Shown here in pieces: positions 1-8,829 of a DNA stretch of 36,267 nucleotides. Positions within the stretch are counted from its first letter, which is position 1, and each line of letters begins with the position of its first letter. The position numbers were made by a program, and so were the translations under genes. This DNA comes from Planctomycetia bacterium. GTDB lineage: Bacteria; Planctomycetota; Phycisphaerae; Phycisphaerales; SM1A02. The stretch spans positions 1-36,267 of the forward strand of contig SYAC01000062.1 in assembly GCA_005787685.1 (NCBI GenBank). Reading direction: 5' to 3'. The notes under the pieces were generated by a model, which saw only the letters and a list, made by a program, of their open reading frames with translations, did not search any database and was not told the origin of the DNA.

Positions 1-120
1 GCCGGCGCCGTTGGGGCCAATGAAACCAACGCGGTCGCCGTCGGCCACGCTAAATGAAACGCCGGCGAATAATTCGCGCAGACCGTGTGACTTGGAAAGT
101 TCTTTTGCGGTGATAAGCAT
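1..120 (-). CDS. ABC transporter ATP-binding protein, 5' fragment (possibly ABC-F family); runs off the window
   Basis: Minus-strand ATG at 120. My own translation is MLITAKELSKSHGLRELFAGVSFSVADGDRVGFIGPNGAG..., which ends in a Walker A start (GPNGAG) typical of ABC ATPase N-termini. The ORF track does not list it because the ORF continues past position 1. Confidence 0.5.
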   Translation of the reverse strand, partial: MLITAKELSKSHGLRELFAGVSFSVADGDRVGFIGPNGAG

Positions 121-134
121 GATTGGGCAACCCG

Positions 135-152
135 AGCGAAATGCCGGGTCGG
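135..152 (-). promoter_or_regulatory. Second copy of the 18-nt leader motif, in the ABC-F-like gene leader, immediately after a -10-like TATGAT, 14 nt upstream of the ATG
   Basis: The minus-strand sequence reads ...tttctcgTATGATcgCCGACCCGGCATTTCGCTcgggttgcccaatcATG. Confidence 0.45.
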
Positions 153-305
153 CGATCATACGAGAAACGCGCCGCAATGCGTTAGTGCGTGAAAGTGCCA
201 CGGCGCGTGGCTCAATACTCTTGTCAATTTCTTATAAATTAGAAATCAATTGTTCATTGACTAGCCGCGCCTTGACAACATATTTTTCACGCGCGCATTG
301 ACGCG

Positions 306-1310
306 TTACGCCCCGCCACCAGCTTGCACCACTGGTTGCGCGCCGCGATCGCTGACCAAAACCACAAGCAAATTGCTCACCATTTGCGCTTTTTGCTCGG
401 CGCTCATGACCGCCAATTTCTTAGACTCAATTTGCGCCATGGCCAACTCCACCATGCCGACCGCGCCTTCAACAATTTTAAATCGCGCCGCCACCATGGC
501 CGACGCTTGTTGCCTCTGCAACATGGCGGCGGCAATTTCTGGCGAGTAACTCAAACTAGAGATGCGGCTTTCCAACACTTCAATGCCCGCGCCGCCAAGA
601 CGACCATCAAGTTCTTCTTTCAATTTTGCGCCAACCAAATCCGTGCTACCACGCAGGCTTGTGCCGTTCACATCGGGCGAGTCGTAGTGATAGCGACTTG
701 CCAAATTGCGCAGCGCGGACTCGCTTTGAATCTCCACATAGCGCTCGTAATTTTGCACGGCGAACAGCGCCTCCGCTGTGTCAACAACGCGCCACACAAC
801 AACCGCCGCAATATCAATTGGGTTGCCGTCAAGATCGTTCACCTTCACGGGATGGCGTGAGCGAGTGGCCTCGCGAATCACTTTGCCCGTTTGATCTTTC
901 ACGGCCTCGGTCTCAAACGCGCCAGTTTCAAATGTGCGCACGCGTAACGTGATTCTTTTCTTCATAGTGAACGGATTGGTCCAGTGAAATCCAACTTTGC
1001 GAACCGTGCCGCGATAGTGGCCAAACAGCACCATGGCGCGACTTTCATTGGGACCCACCACAAAGAAACCCGCGATACAAATCATCAGTGAAAGAAAAAT
1101 CAACACGGCCAAAATAATTCGCGGCGGTTCCTGCTTGCGCACGCCGTCCATGAAAATAGCGATGGCGAACACCAGAATGGAGATCCACAGCGGCACAATC
1201 AGCCAGCCCGAAAATGGCTTGAATAGATTCTCGCGAAAGTGCGACGCGCCGAGCAAGCGTTGCTTGGTGGAAGGACCGTCACCGGATGTTGTTGATGTGG
1301 TATTGGTCAT
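306..1310 (-). CDS. SPFH/band-7 (stomatin/flotillin-like) membrane protein
   Basis: Lies within ORF 306..1406(-); the internal ATG at 1310 gives MTNTTS... There are two N-terminal hydrophobic helices, followed by an SPFH-like core (ITLRVRTFETGAFETEAV...IDIAAVVVWRVVD...) and a C-terminal coiled-coil-like region. The start is uncertain (1406 is the alternative). Confidence 0.7.
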   Translation of the reverse strand: MTNTTSTTSGDGPSTKQRLLGASHFRENLFKPFSGWLIVPLWISILVFAIAIFMDGVRKQEPPRIILAVLIFLSLMICIAGFFVVGPNESRAMVLFGHYRGTVRKVGFHWTNPFTMKKRITLRVRTFETGAFETEAVKDQTGKVIREATRSRHPVKVNDLDGNPIDIAAVVVWRVVDTAEALFAVQNYERYVEIQSESALRNLASRYHYDSPDVNGTSLRGSTDLVGAKLKEELDGRLGGAGIEVLESRISSLSYSPEIAAAMLQRQQASAMVAARFKIVEGAVGMVELAMAQIESKKLAVMSAEQKAQMVSNLLVVLVSDRGAQPVVQAGGGA

Positions 1311-1485
1311 GCACCCATTATAGTCTTGATTGCGCTTGCCACAGGCGCGTCGCCTTCGCGCTTGCGTCACAAACTTCCTAAAGTAGCGGCAAGCGTGGCC
1401 CATCAAACGAACGAAATCATTTCAGAAAACATTCCAATGAGCGACATTGATACATACAAACAGCAAGTCCCATCGCAACTGAAAA

Positions 1486-4400
1486 CTAAATAGCGAAGTA
1501 CTTGGCCTCTGGGTGATGCACAATAATGGCGCTCGTGCTTTGCTCAGGGTCAATCTGCCAATTTTCAGACAAGTGGCAGCCAATGCGCTCTGGCCTTAGA
1601 AGCCTGAAAAGTTTTTCCTGATCGCTCATATCGGGGCATGCGGGATAGCCAAAGCTGTAGCGACTGCCACGATATTTCTGAGTGAATAATTCCTTCAGGC
1701 GCGGACTGTCATCGTTGCCAATGCCAAGCTCGGCGCGAATGCGTTTGTGCCACAGTTCGGCCAGCGCTTCGGCGCACTCCACACCCATACCGTGCAAGTA
1801 CAAATATTCCGTGTATTCGTTGCGCTCAAAAAGTTGCTTGGCGCGGTGGCTTACTTCTATGCCCATGGTGACGCAGTGAAAGGCGACCACATCGCGCTCG
1901 CCGGAACTGACGGGGCGGAAAAAATCGCTGATGCACAAACTTTGGCGCGCGGTTTGCCGTGGGAAAGTGAAGCGCTCCAACTCGCGCTCGGGATCGGTTG
2001 GGTCGTACACCACCAAGTCATTGGCTTGGCTGGCGCACGGAAAAAACCCGTAGACAACGGCGGGCCGCAAAATATTTTCCTGCTTGCATTGCGCTTTCAG
2101 ACGCTCAAAAATTGGCTCGGCGGTGTCGCGAATCAGCGCTTCGTGTTGCTCCTCCGTCATGTCGCCGCGCTTAAAACCCCATTGACCGCGGTACAGCGCA
2201 ATCTTGTTCACATAGGGATAAATGGCGTCAAGATCAATGGATTCGACAAGTCGATCGCCCATGAATGGCGGCTTGGGAACTGGAATATTTTGATCCACAT
2301 CACTGCGGCCTGGCGCGGTGGCGGTTGCGGAATCGGCGGCTTCAAGTCGTTGACCAACTTTGGCGTCTACTTCGGCGCGCTTGGTGAGTCGCGCGGAAAT
2401 TTCCGCGTCTACATTTGCAAGCGTGCCATCGGCCAGCGCGTTGCAAACCGCAAGACCTTCAAAGGCGTCCTTGCCGTAGTACAGCGGGCCGTTATACACG
2501 CCGCGCAAATGACTTTCGGCGTAGTGACGCGTGAGCGCTGCGCCGCCCAACATAATGGGCACGCGAATGTTGAGCTCATTAAGTTGCTTTAAATTTTGCT
2601 CCATCACGGTGACGCTTTTTACAAGCAAGCCGCTCATGCCAATCGTGTCGGCGCCGGTGGATTTCCACGCGTCGATAATTTGTTGCAGACTTTGCTTAAT
2701 ACCAATGTTGTGAACCTTGAAACCATTGTTGGACAAAATAATGTCCACCAAATTCTTACCAATGTCGTGCACGTCGCCAGCCACGGTGGCCAACACAACG
2801 GTGGCCTTGGGTTTCTCCGCAACGCCTTTTTTTGCCATAAAAGGCTGTAAATACGCTACGGCTTTTTTCATCACGCCCGCGCTCTGCAGCACAAACGGAA
2901 GCTGCATAGTGCCTGCGCCAAACAATTCACCAACGGTCTTCATGCCCGCAAGCAAGTGGTCATTGATAATCACAAGCGGCTCGTACTTGGTCATGGCTTC
3001 GGTCAACGATTCCGAAAGCACACCGTCGTCGCCATCAATAATGTGGCGCTGCAAACGCTCCTCCAGCGGAAGGTCGGCCATTCCCTTCTTCTCAACTTTT
3101 TGTTCCTCGCCATCTGGAAACAAACTGATGTAATACAACAGTGGATCAAACTCCGCAGGCTTACCTTCAGGTCGCGAGTCGCCGCGACGATCAAAGATGA
3201 GCCACTCGGCGGCTTCCCATTGCTTTGGGGCGATGCGATTTTTTGGAAGTAGTTTGGAGAAATGCACAATGGCCGCGGTCAGTCCGCGCTTGCGGGCCTC
3301 GCCCAAGAACACGGTGTTGAGCACGGTGCGCGCGGAAGGCTTCAAGCCAAATGAAATGTTGGACAAGCCAAGAATGATTCCGCAGTTTGGAAATCGCTTG
3401 GCGATCAATTCAATGCCATCAAGCGTTTGATAGCCAAGCGCGCGGTCGTCCTCATTGCCTGTGGCAATGGTGAATGTCAGCGGATCAAAAATTAGATCAT
3501 TCTCATTCAGCCCCCACTTGCGCGTGAACAAGTCGTGAATGCGCGTTGCAATTTCAAGCTTTCTTTGCGCGGTTTTGGCCATTCCGGCTTGCGGGTCCTC
3601 ATCAATGGTCAACGCCACGCACGCGGCGCCGTAGCGCTTGAGCAACGGACACACCGTGTCCATACGGCCTTCGCCATCCTCCAAATTAATTGAATTCACA
3701 ATGCAGCGGCCCGCGGATCGCTTTAGACCAGCCTCCAGCACGGGCGCCTCCGTGCTGTCGAGCATCAGCGGCGCGTTCACTTGCCGCACCACGCGCGAAA
3801 CTAATTCACCCATGTCTTTCACGCCGTCGCGACCAACAAAGTCAACGCACACATCGAGCAAGTGACTGCCATCTTTCATTTCTTCGCGCGCCATGCCCAC
3901 AAGTTGGTCCCATTCCTCCTCATCCAGCAAGCGTTTGAACTTGCGGCTGCCGTTGGCATTGGTGCGCTCGGCAACTATTAAAAATGAGTTGTCCTGCTTG
4001 AACTCCGTCATGCCGTACAAACTGCTGCATCCTGGCGACTGCTCCGTAGTTATGCGTGGCGCGCGCGCACGCGCATTGCCAAGAACATTTCGAACTTCTT
4101 GAATATGTTGCGGAGTTGTGCCACAGCATCCACCCACAATGTCGATCTTGTAGTCGTTTATGAAGCGGTGCATGGCGCTGGCGAATGCTTGGGCGGGCAG
4201 CGGATATTCCGTGCGTCCATCAAGCAAAATAGGCAGACCGGCGTTTGGAATCACGCTGACCGCGCGATCCCAATGTTTCGCTAAATATGCGATATGTTCA
4301 GCCATTTCCACTGGTCCGGTTGCGCAGTTCAAACCCAAACTGGCGATTGGAAATGGCTTCAGCGCGTTCACCACCGCGGCCATGTCGCTGCCCAGCAACA

Positions 4401-5010
4401 TGGTGCCGGTGGTCTCCATGGTCACACTCACCAAAATAGGAATGTCATTCACAGTGCGACCCGATTTGGCAAGCGCGTCCAAACACGCATTGATCGCGCA
4501 TTTGACTTGCAACAAATCTTGACATGTTTCAATCATGAAACAATCAACGCCACCATCAATGAGTCCAAGCGCCTGCTCGCAATAGGAGTCCAGCATGCTT
4601 TCCCAATCCGTGTTGCCAAGCGTGATTAACTTTGTGCCCGGTCCCATGGAGCCCGCGACAAATCGTGGATGATGCTGAGTGGCGTGCTTGTCGCAAGCGG
4701 CGCGCGCAATTTGCGCGCCAAGCTTGTTCAGCTCTCGCGTCCACGCCACCATCTCTGGATCAAAATCCGCGCCGACAAGTTTGTTGGATCCAAATGTGTC
4801 GGTCTCCACAACATCGGCGCCAGCCAACAGAAAAGTTTCGTGAATACGCTGGATCATGTCGGGCCGCGACTTCACAAGAATGTCGGTGCAATTATCGCGC
4901 CCCAAATAATCCTGGGGCGCGCAATCGGTGCAACTATGAATACTGGTGCCCATGGCTCCATCAAATAGAAGCACGCGTTGTTGCAATGTGTCTAAAAAGC
5001 GACTTCCCAT
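1486..5010 (-). CDS. metH: Cobalamin-dependent methionine synthase MetH
   Basis: ORF 1486..5625(-), with the start most likely the ATG at 5010 (MGSRFLDTLQQRVLLFDGAMGTSIH, a classic MetH N-terminus). It has the Hcy-methyltransferase and pterin-binding domains, a B12-binding DxHxxG motif (DVHDIGKN), and a C-terminal AdoMet-activation domain. The product is about 1174 aa. Confidence 0.95.
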   Translation of the reverse strand: MGSRFLDTLQQRVLLFDGAMGTSIHSCTDCAPQDYLGRDNCTDILVKSRPDMIQRIHETFLLAGADVVETDTFGSNKLVGADFDPEMVAWTRELNKLGAQIARAACDKHATQHHPRFVAGSMGPGTKLITLGNTDWESMLDSYCEQALGLIDGGVDCFMIETCQDLLQVKCAINACLDALAKSGRTVNDIPILVSVTMETTGTMLLGSDMAAVVNALKPFPIASLGLNCATGPVEMAEHIAYLAKHWDRAVSVIPNAGLPILLDGRTEYPLPAQAFASAMHRFINDYKIDIVGGCCGTTPQHIQEVRNVLGNARARAPRITTEQSPGCSSLYGMTEFKQDNSFLIVAERTNANGSRKFKRLLDEEEWDQLVGMAREEMKDGSHLLDVCVDFVGRDGVKDMGELVSRVVRQVNAPLMLDSTEAPVLEAGLKRSAGRCIVNSINLEDGEGRMDTVCPLLKRYGAACVALTIDEDPQAGMAKTAQRKLEIATRIHDLFTRKWGLNENDLIFDPLTFTIATGNEDDRALGYQTLDGIELIAKRFPNCGIILGLSNISFGLKPSARTVLNTVFLGEARKRGLTAAIVHFSKLLPKNRIAPKQWEAAEWLIFDRRGDSRPEGKPAEFDPLLYYISLFPDGEEQKVEKKGMADLPLEERLQRHIIDGDDGVLSESLTEAMTKYEPLVIINDHLLAGMKTVGELFGAGTMQLPFVLQSAGVMKKAVAYLQPFMAKKGVAEKPKATVVLATVAGDVHDIGKNLVDIILSNNGFKVHNIGIKQSLQQIIDAWKSTGADTIGMSGLLVKSVTVMEQNLKQLNELNIRVPIMLGGAALTRHYAESHLRGVYNGPLYYGKDAFEGLAVCNALADGTLANVDAEISARLTKRAEVDAKVGQRLEAADSATATAPGRSDVDQNIPVPKPPFMGDRLVESIDLDAIYPYVNKIALYRGQWGFKRGDMTEEQHEALIRDTAEPIFERLKAQCKQENILRPAVVYGFFPCASQANDLVVYDPTDPERELERFTFPRQTARQSLCISDFFRPVSSGERDVVAFHCVTMGIEVSHRAKQLFERNEYTEYLYLHGMGVECAEALAELWHKRIRAELGIGNDDSPRLKELFTQKYRGSRYSFGYPACPDMSDQEKLFRLLRPERIGCHLSENWQIDPEQSTSAIIVHHPEAKYFAI

Positions 5011-5106
5011 GTGCCAATGATATATTGAATTGGTCGGGTATTCAACCGTAAATCCGGATAAACGGATTGATCTCACGCGCACCCTTGTGTCTACACTGCC
5101 AACCTC

Positions 5107-6663
5107 ATGAAAATCCGCATACTTTGTCTTGTTATTTGCGCCCTCTGCGCCGGCGCGGCATTCAGTTGCAGCGCCAACAAATCCGCCTCCACCATGTCCT
5201 TTGTGGCCTCTGGTCAGCCCAAGACCCCCATTACCCAAGAAGTTGCGTTGGCCACATTCGATGAAATCTGGAGCACCGTTGAGCAATCCGATGTAGAGCG
5301 CGACCATGGCGGAGTGGATTGGGTGGCGGTGAAAGTGGAGCTGCGACCTAAGGCCATGAATGCCACTAGCCGCGAGGAGTTGCGCCTGATTCTGCAAGAT
5401 ATGTTGTCGCGCCTTAAGCGCAGTCACTTTGGAATTATTCCCGCCGAAAGTTCCGCCGCACTTGCCAGAGAGGAAGGCGAAGTTACTCCAGCTGAGATGA
5501 AATCGGATGGTTTGGAAAAAAAATCTGCTGGCGCCGCTGAGGTGCTGGAAAAGTTTAGCGCCGCCGCCAGTGAAAATGAAATTGAAGCACCGCACAAGCC
5601 GCAAGAACCCTTGGCCACCAAACAATCCTTGACCAAATCAAATCGCGCTGCCGAAGCCGAAGCTTCCTTTGGTCTGACGCTGCGATTGATCGAGAAACTT
5701 CCAACCGTCACTGGAGTGCGCGCCAACTCCCCCGCCGACAAAGCTGGAGTGCAAATGGGTTGGATCGTGACATCCGTGGACGGCGTGGACATGACCACTG
5801 CGCAACCCGACACCACCACTGGGACGGCGAAGTATGTGCAAGAACTTATTTTGCAAGGCGCCGATGCCGGCGACGTGGAGAGCCAAGAGACTTGGATCTT
5901 TCAGGGCGAGGCGAATGAATTGCATACGACCACATTTTCTCGGGAACGCAGCGCTGGAATTAGCACAAAACTAGGGCTTTTACCGCCATTTCAAGTGCGC
6001 TGCCAAGAGAGCGTGTTGAGCAAGCCCCAATTGCGAGCGCTGGATTTGCCCGATGACTTTGACATTGTGGTGATTGGCTTCAACATTTGGATGCCTGCGA
6101 TCGCGCAAAAAGTGGACGAGACCTTTCAACGCCATCTCAGCGCCGACGGAATAATTATTGACTTGCGTGGAAACCCTGGCGGCGCTGGCGGCATGGCCAT
6201 GGGTGTTGCAGGCCATGTCATGGATCAACCAAAAAGTTTGGGCACCATGCGCACGCGCGACACCACTCTGGAGTTCAAGGTGAATCCACGACGCAGCACG
6301 CCGCAAGGCGAGCGCGTGGAACCATTCTCAGGTCCAGTCGCCATCATCATGGATCCTCTTTCAGCCAGCACCAGCGAAATTTTCGCGGGCGGTCTTCAAA
6401 AACTTGATCGCGCGCGCGTGTTTGGACGCATCAGCGCTGGCGCGGCGCTACCTGCTCAAACAAAATCACTCGCGTCGGGCGACGCGCTTTTATTTGCCTT
6501 TGCCAATTTCACATTGCCCGACGGCTCCACCATTGAGGGCGTGGGTGTTCTTCCCGATCAAATCACTGGAACGTGCCGTGATGATTGGACACCCAACCAG
6601 GACGCCGACATAAACGCCGCAGCGCGCTGGATTGCCTCGCAGTATGAGGAGAAATTGCGTTAG
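5107..6663 (+). CDS. S41 family C-terminal processing peptidase with PDZ domain, probable lipoprotein
   Basis: Starts at ATG with a lipoprotein-like signal (MKIRILCLVICALCAGAAFSC). A PDZ-like segment (GVRANSPADKAGVQMGWIVTSVDG) is present. The S41 signature IIDLRGNPGG is also present. Confidence 0.8.
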   Translation: MKIRILCLVICALCAGAAFSCSANKSASTMSFVASGQPKTPITQEVALATFDEIWSTVEQSDVERDHGGVDWVAVKVELRPKAMNATSREELRLILQDMLSRLKRSHFGIIPAESSAALAREEGEVTPAEMKSDGLEKKSAGAAEVLEKFSAAASENEIEAPHKPQEPLATKQSLTKSNRAAEAEASFGLTLRLIEKLPTVTGVRANSPADKAGVQMGWIVTSVDGVDMTTAQPDTTTGTAKYVQELILQGADAGDVESQETWIFQGEANELHTTTFSRERSAGISTKLGLLPPFQVRCQESVLSKPQLRALDLPDDFDIVVIGFNIWMPAIAQKVDETFQRHLSADGIIIDLRGNPGGAGGMAMGVAGHVMDQPKSLGTMRTRDTTLEFKVNPRRSTPQGERVEPFSGPVAIIMDPLSASTSEIFAGGLQKLDRARVFGRISAGAALPAQTKSLASGDALLFAFANFTLPDGSTIEGVGVLPDQITGTCRDDWTPNQDADINAAARWIASQYEEKLR

Positions 6664-6721
6664 AAGTTCATGTCACCACCTTTGTCACGCTGGTACACTT
6701 GTCACTCTTCAAAGGAACTCA

Positions 6722-7840
6722 ATGAAATTTATTTCCGTTGCAATTCTGTTCGCGGCTTTCTTCGCACCAACGTTGCTTGCGCAAGGTGACTCATTTGGTT
6801 CAAAACCAAGCGGCACGACAGCGCCAACCGCGACACCACCCGCGGCAAGTCCACCAGCCGCAACACCAGCCGAGCCGAATAGAGTAAGCAAAGGCGATGA
6901 GACCGCAGCGCCGGCTTCAAAGGCAACCCCGCAATCCTCCGCGCCAACACCCAGTTCAATCATCACGCCATTGATTCAACCGCCGGATGTGCTTCCTACG
7001 GCCAAAGACATTTTCGCAAAAAGTCTCACGGCGATTGGTGGCGAGGCGGCTATTCGTAAACATACGTGCATCCAAACCAAAGGAACATTGTCCATATCCA
7101 ATGCTGGTATGGAGGGCACATTGGAGATCATCACACTGGCTCCAAATAAAATTGTGAGCACTGTGGATTTTCAAGGCGTGGGAAAAATTAAGCAAGGATT
7201 TGATGGCACGGTGGGCTGGAGCTTGAACCCAATGCAAGGTCCAAGTTTGATTGAGGGAACCCTTTTGGAGGAGCTAAAAAAATCCAGCGACATGTATAAA
7301 GACCTTGATCCAAGCAAGATTTGGAATCAAGCTGAATGCAAACGCGCCGTGAATTTTGGTGGCGTTGCGTGCTACGAAATTGCCGTGTCGGGCGGTCCAG
7401 GGGAAGGCGCCTTGTATTACGAAATTGAAAGCGGCCTCACCCGAGGCATGGTGTTGACCGTGGAAACTCCCATGGGCAAGATGCCCTCGACCACCATCAT
7501 GAGCGAATACAAGGAATATGATGGTGTGAAGATTGCCACGCGCACAGATGTAGAAGCCATGAATATGCAACAAGTTCTGCTTGTGAATTCTGTGAGTTTC
7601 GCGCCAATGGACGCAGCGCTCTTTGATTTGCCCCCAGAAATTAAAGCGCTTGTAAGTGCCGCTCAGAATCCAGCGGCGGCCGCACCTGAAAAAAGCGCAA
7701 AGAATCCAAACAGAATTCGAGTGAAGCCAAATGCGGCCAATAGTCCACCACCTGGCTCGCCAACACCGCCGCCCGCGTCCGCGCCAACACCGCCGCCCGC
7801 GTCCGCGCCAACACCGCCGCCCACCGGCGCAAATCCATAA
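6722..7840 (+). CDS. Secreted LolA-like (outer-membrane lipoprotein-sorting-like fold) protein with Pro/Thr/Ala-rich linker and tail
   Basis: ATG at 6722 inside ORF 6632..7840. It has a signal peptide (MKFISVAILFAAFFAPTLLAQG), about 80 aa of PT/A-rich low complexity, then a roughly 200-aa globular domain. The C-terminal motif ...DAALFDLPPE is shared with the next gene and is typical of LolA-like proteins. The tail carries PTPPPASA repeats. Confidence 0.6.
   Translation: MKFISVAILFAAFFAPTLLAQGDSFGSKPSGTTAPTATPPAASPPAATPAEPNRVSKGDETAAPASKATPQSSAPTPSSIITPLIQPPDVLPTAKDIFAKSLTAIGGEAAIRKHTCIQTKGTLSISNAGMEGTLEIITLAPNKIVSTVDFQGVGKIKQGFDGTVGWSLNPMQGPSLIEGTLLEELKKSSDMYKDLDPSKIWNQAECKRAVNFGGVACYEIAVSGGPGEGALYYEIESGLTRGMVLTVETPMGKMPSTTIMSEYKEYDGVKIATRTDVEAMNMQQVLLVNSVSFAPMDAALFDLPPEIKALVSAAQNPAAAAPEKSAKNPNRIRVKPNAANSPPPGSPTPPPASAPTPPPASAPTPPPTGANP
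7761..7822 (+). repeat. 24-nt tandem repeat (about 2.6 copies) encoding a (PTPPPASA)n tail
   Basis: The unit caacaccgccgcccgcgtccgcgc is repeated directly, and this can be seen in the sequence. Confidence 0.8.
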
Positions 7841-7860
7841 TTGCACATGCTTCACATGCT

Positions 7861-7881
7861 TGAAAAATACCCTATTTTTCA
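7861..7881. promoter_or_regulatory. Perfect 9-bp AT-rich inverted repeat (TGAAAAATA-ccc-TATTTTTCA); candidate operator or promoter element between the two LolA-like genes
   Basis: Read directly from the sequence. It follows a tandem 9-mer (cacatgctt x2, 7844..7861) and overlaps a TTGAAA -35-like hexamer. It is too AT-rich to be an intrinsic terminator. Confidence 0.4.
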
Positions 7882-7893
7882 GCAACCAACGCC

Positions 7894-8763
7894 TTGAATC
7901 GTCTCTCGCGCATCATGATCTTTGGCCACACAACACTCTGCGCGCTGGCCCTGATCAGTATTTGTGTTGGCGCTTTGGCAAACCCACTTGCCCAAAGCGC
8001 CACACCAAGCACTGAAATTGCTACGAAGCCTGCGAATGAACCCCCCGTTGACGCGCTGGTGCAACGCGCCATTGATGTTGTTGGCGGCCAAAAGGAAATT
8101 CAATTCTTGCGCATTGAAGGAGTGGTCAGCTCGCCACAAGGAATAACGCACATCCAAATATTGGCCAAGGGCGCAGGTCCTGAAAAATTTCGCGTCATTC
8201 AAAAGTTGCCTGGCGGTCAAAGTATGGAAAGCGGTACGGATGGTGAATTAGCGTGGCTTCGAAGTCCGCTTGACGGCACATGGCGCTTGCTTGATCGACG
8301 CGGTGTGCTCACCGCCGCTGTCGGCGTGCTTCCCAATCGAATGATGGTCGCCATCTTTGAACGATTTCCAAATCGCAAGCTTGGACCGTTAGAAAAAAAA
8401 GATGGTGTGATGTGCCAACGCATCGACATGAAGGACCGCGAAGGTTTAGAGGCCGCGGCATGGATTGAAGAATCCACAGGGAAATTGCGGGTTTTGCAGA
8501 CTTCGGAGGGCGCCGCAACCTTTGTTCCTACCATGATGACCATTGAGGCGTGGACCAAGGTGGGCGACCTTGATATTCCACGGCGCATTTCTATTCGCCG
8601 CGGTGAGTCGTTGACCACCAGCGACTTTACCCTCATCTCTGGCGATCCAATCGACGCCGCGTTGTTCGCGCCCCCCGTTGAAGTTATGCTATTGTCCAAA
8701 GGTAAAGACCCGAATGATAAATCCCGTTCAACTTCCAGTGATGCCCCTTCGATCAAACCTTAG
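7894..8763 (+). CDS. Secreted LolA-like protein, paralog of the upstream gene
   Basis: Starts at TTG 7894 (an ATG at 7915 is the alternative). It has a signal peptide (MNRLSRIMIFGHTTLCALALISICVGALA). The globular domain has the same architecture as the previous gene, and its C-terminus DAALFAPPVE parallels DAALFDLPPE upstream. Confidence 0.6.
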   Translation: MNRLSRIMIFGHTTLCALALISICVGALANPLAQSATPSTEIATKPANEPPVDALVQRAIDVVGGQKEIQFLRIEGVVSSPQGITHIQILAKGAGPEKFRVIQKLPGGQSMESGTDGELAWLRSPLDGTWRLLDRRGVLTAAVGVLPNRMMVAIFERFPNRKLGPLEKKDGVMCQRIDMKDREGLEAAAWIEESTGKLRVLQTSEGAATFVPTMMTIEAWTKVGDLDIPRRISIRRGESLTTSDFTLISGDPIDAALFAPPVEVMLLSKGKDPNDKSRSTSSDAPSIKP

Positions 8764-8829
8764 CATCAAGTTGTAACGTCAAGACCTCATCATTACACAG
8801 CGATTACTGAACCATCTCCTGAACACTTT

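Noticed and set aside
11-301. 96-aa plus-strand ORF at the window start
   Set aside because: It overlaps the better-supported minus-strand ABC ATPase N-terminus and its leader, and it has no motifs.
1747-2592. 281-aa ORF on the plus strand
   Set aside because: It lies entirely antisense within metH. It is rich in G/A/L/V, as is typical of GC-rich antisense frames, and has no recognisable motifs.
5516-5523. A8 homopolymer inside the S41 peptidase gene as a possible phase-variation tract
   Set aside because: It has only 8 nt and there is no second signal. It is most likely ordinary coding sequence (LEKKS).
7274-7885. 203-aa minus-strand ORF with CWRGRGRR repeats
   Set aside because: It is the antisense reading of the PTPPPASA tandem repeat and the 3' end of the LolA-like gene, so it is a repeat artefact.
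8217-8756. 179-aa minus-strand ORF
   Set aside because: It lies antisense within the second LolA-like gene and has a low-complexity S/R-rich composition.
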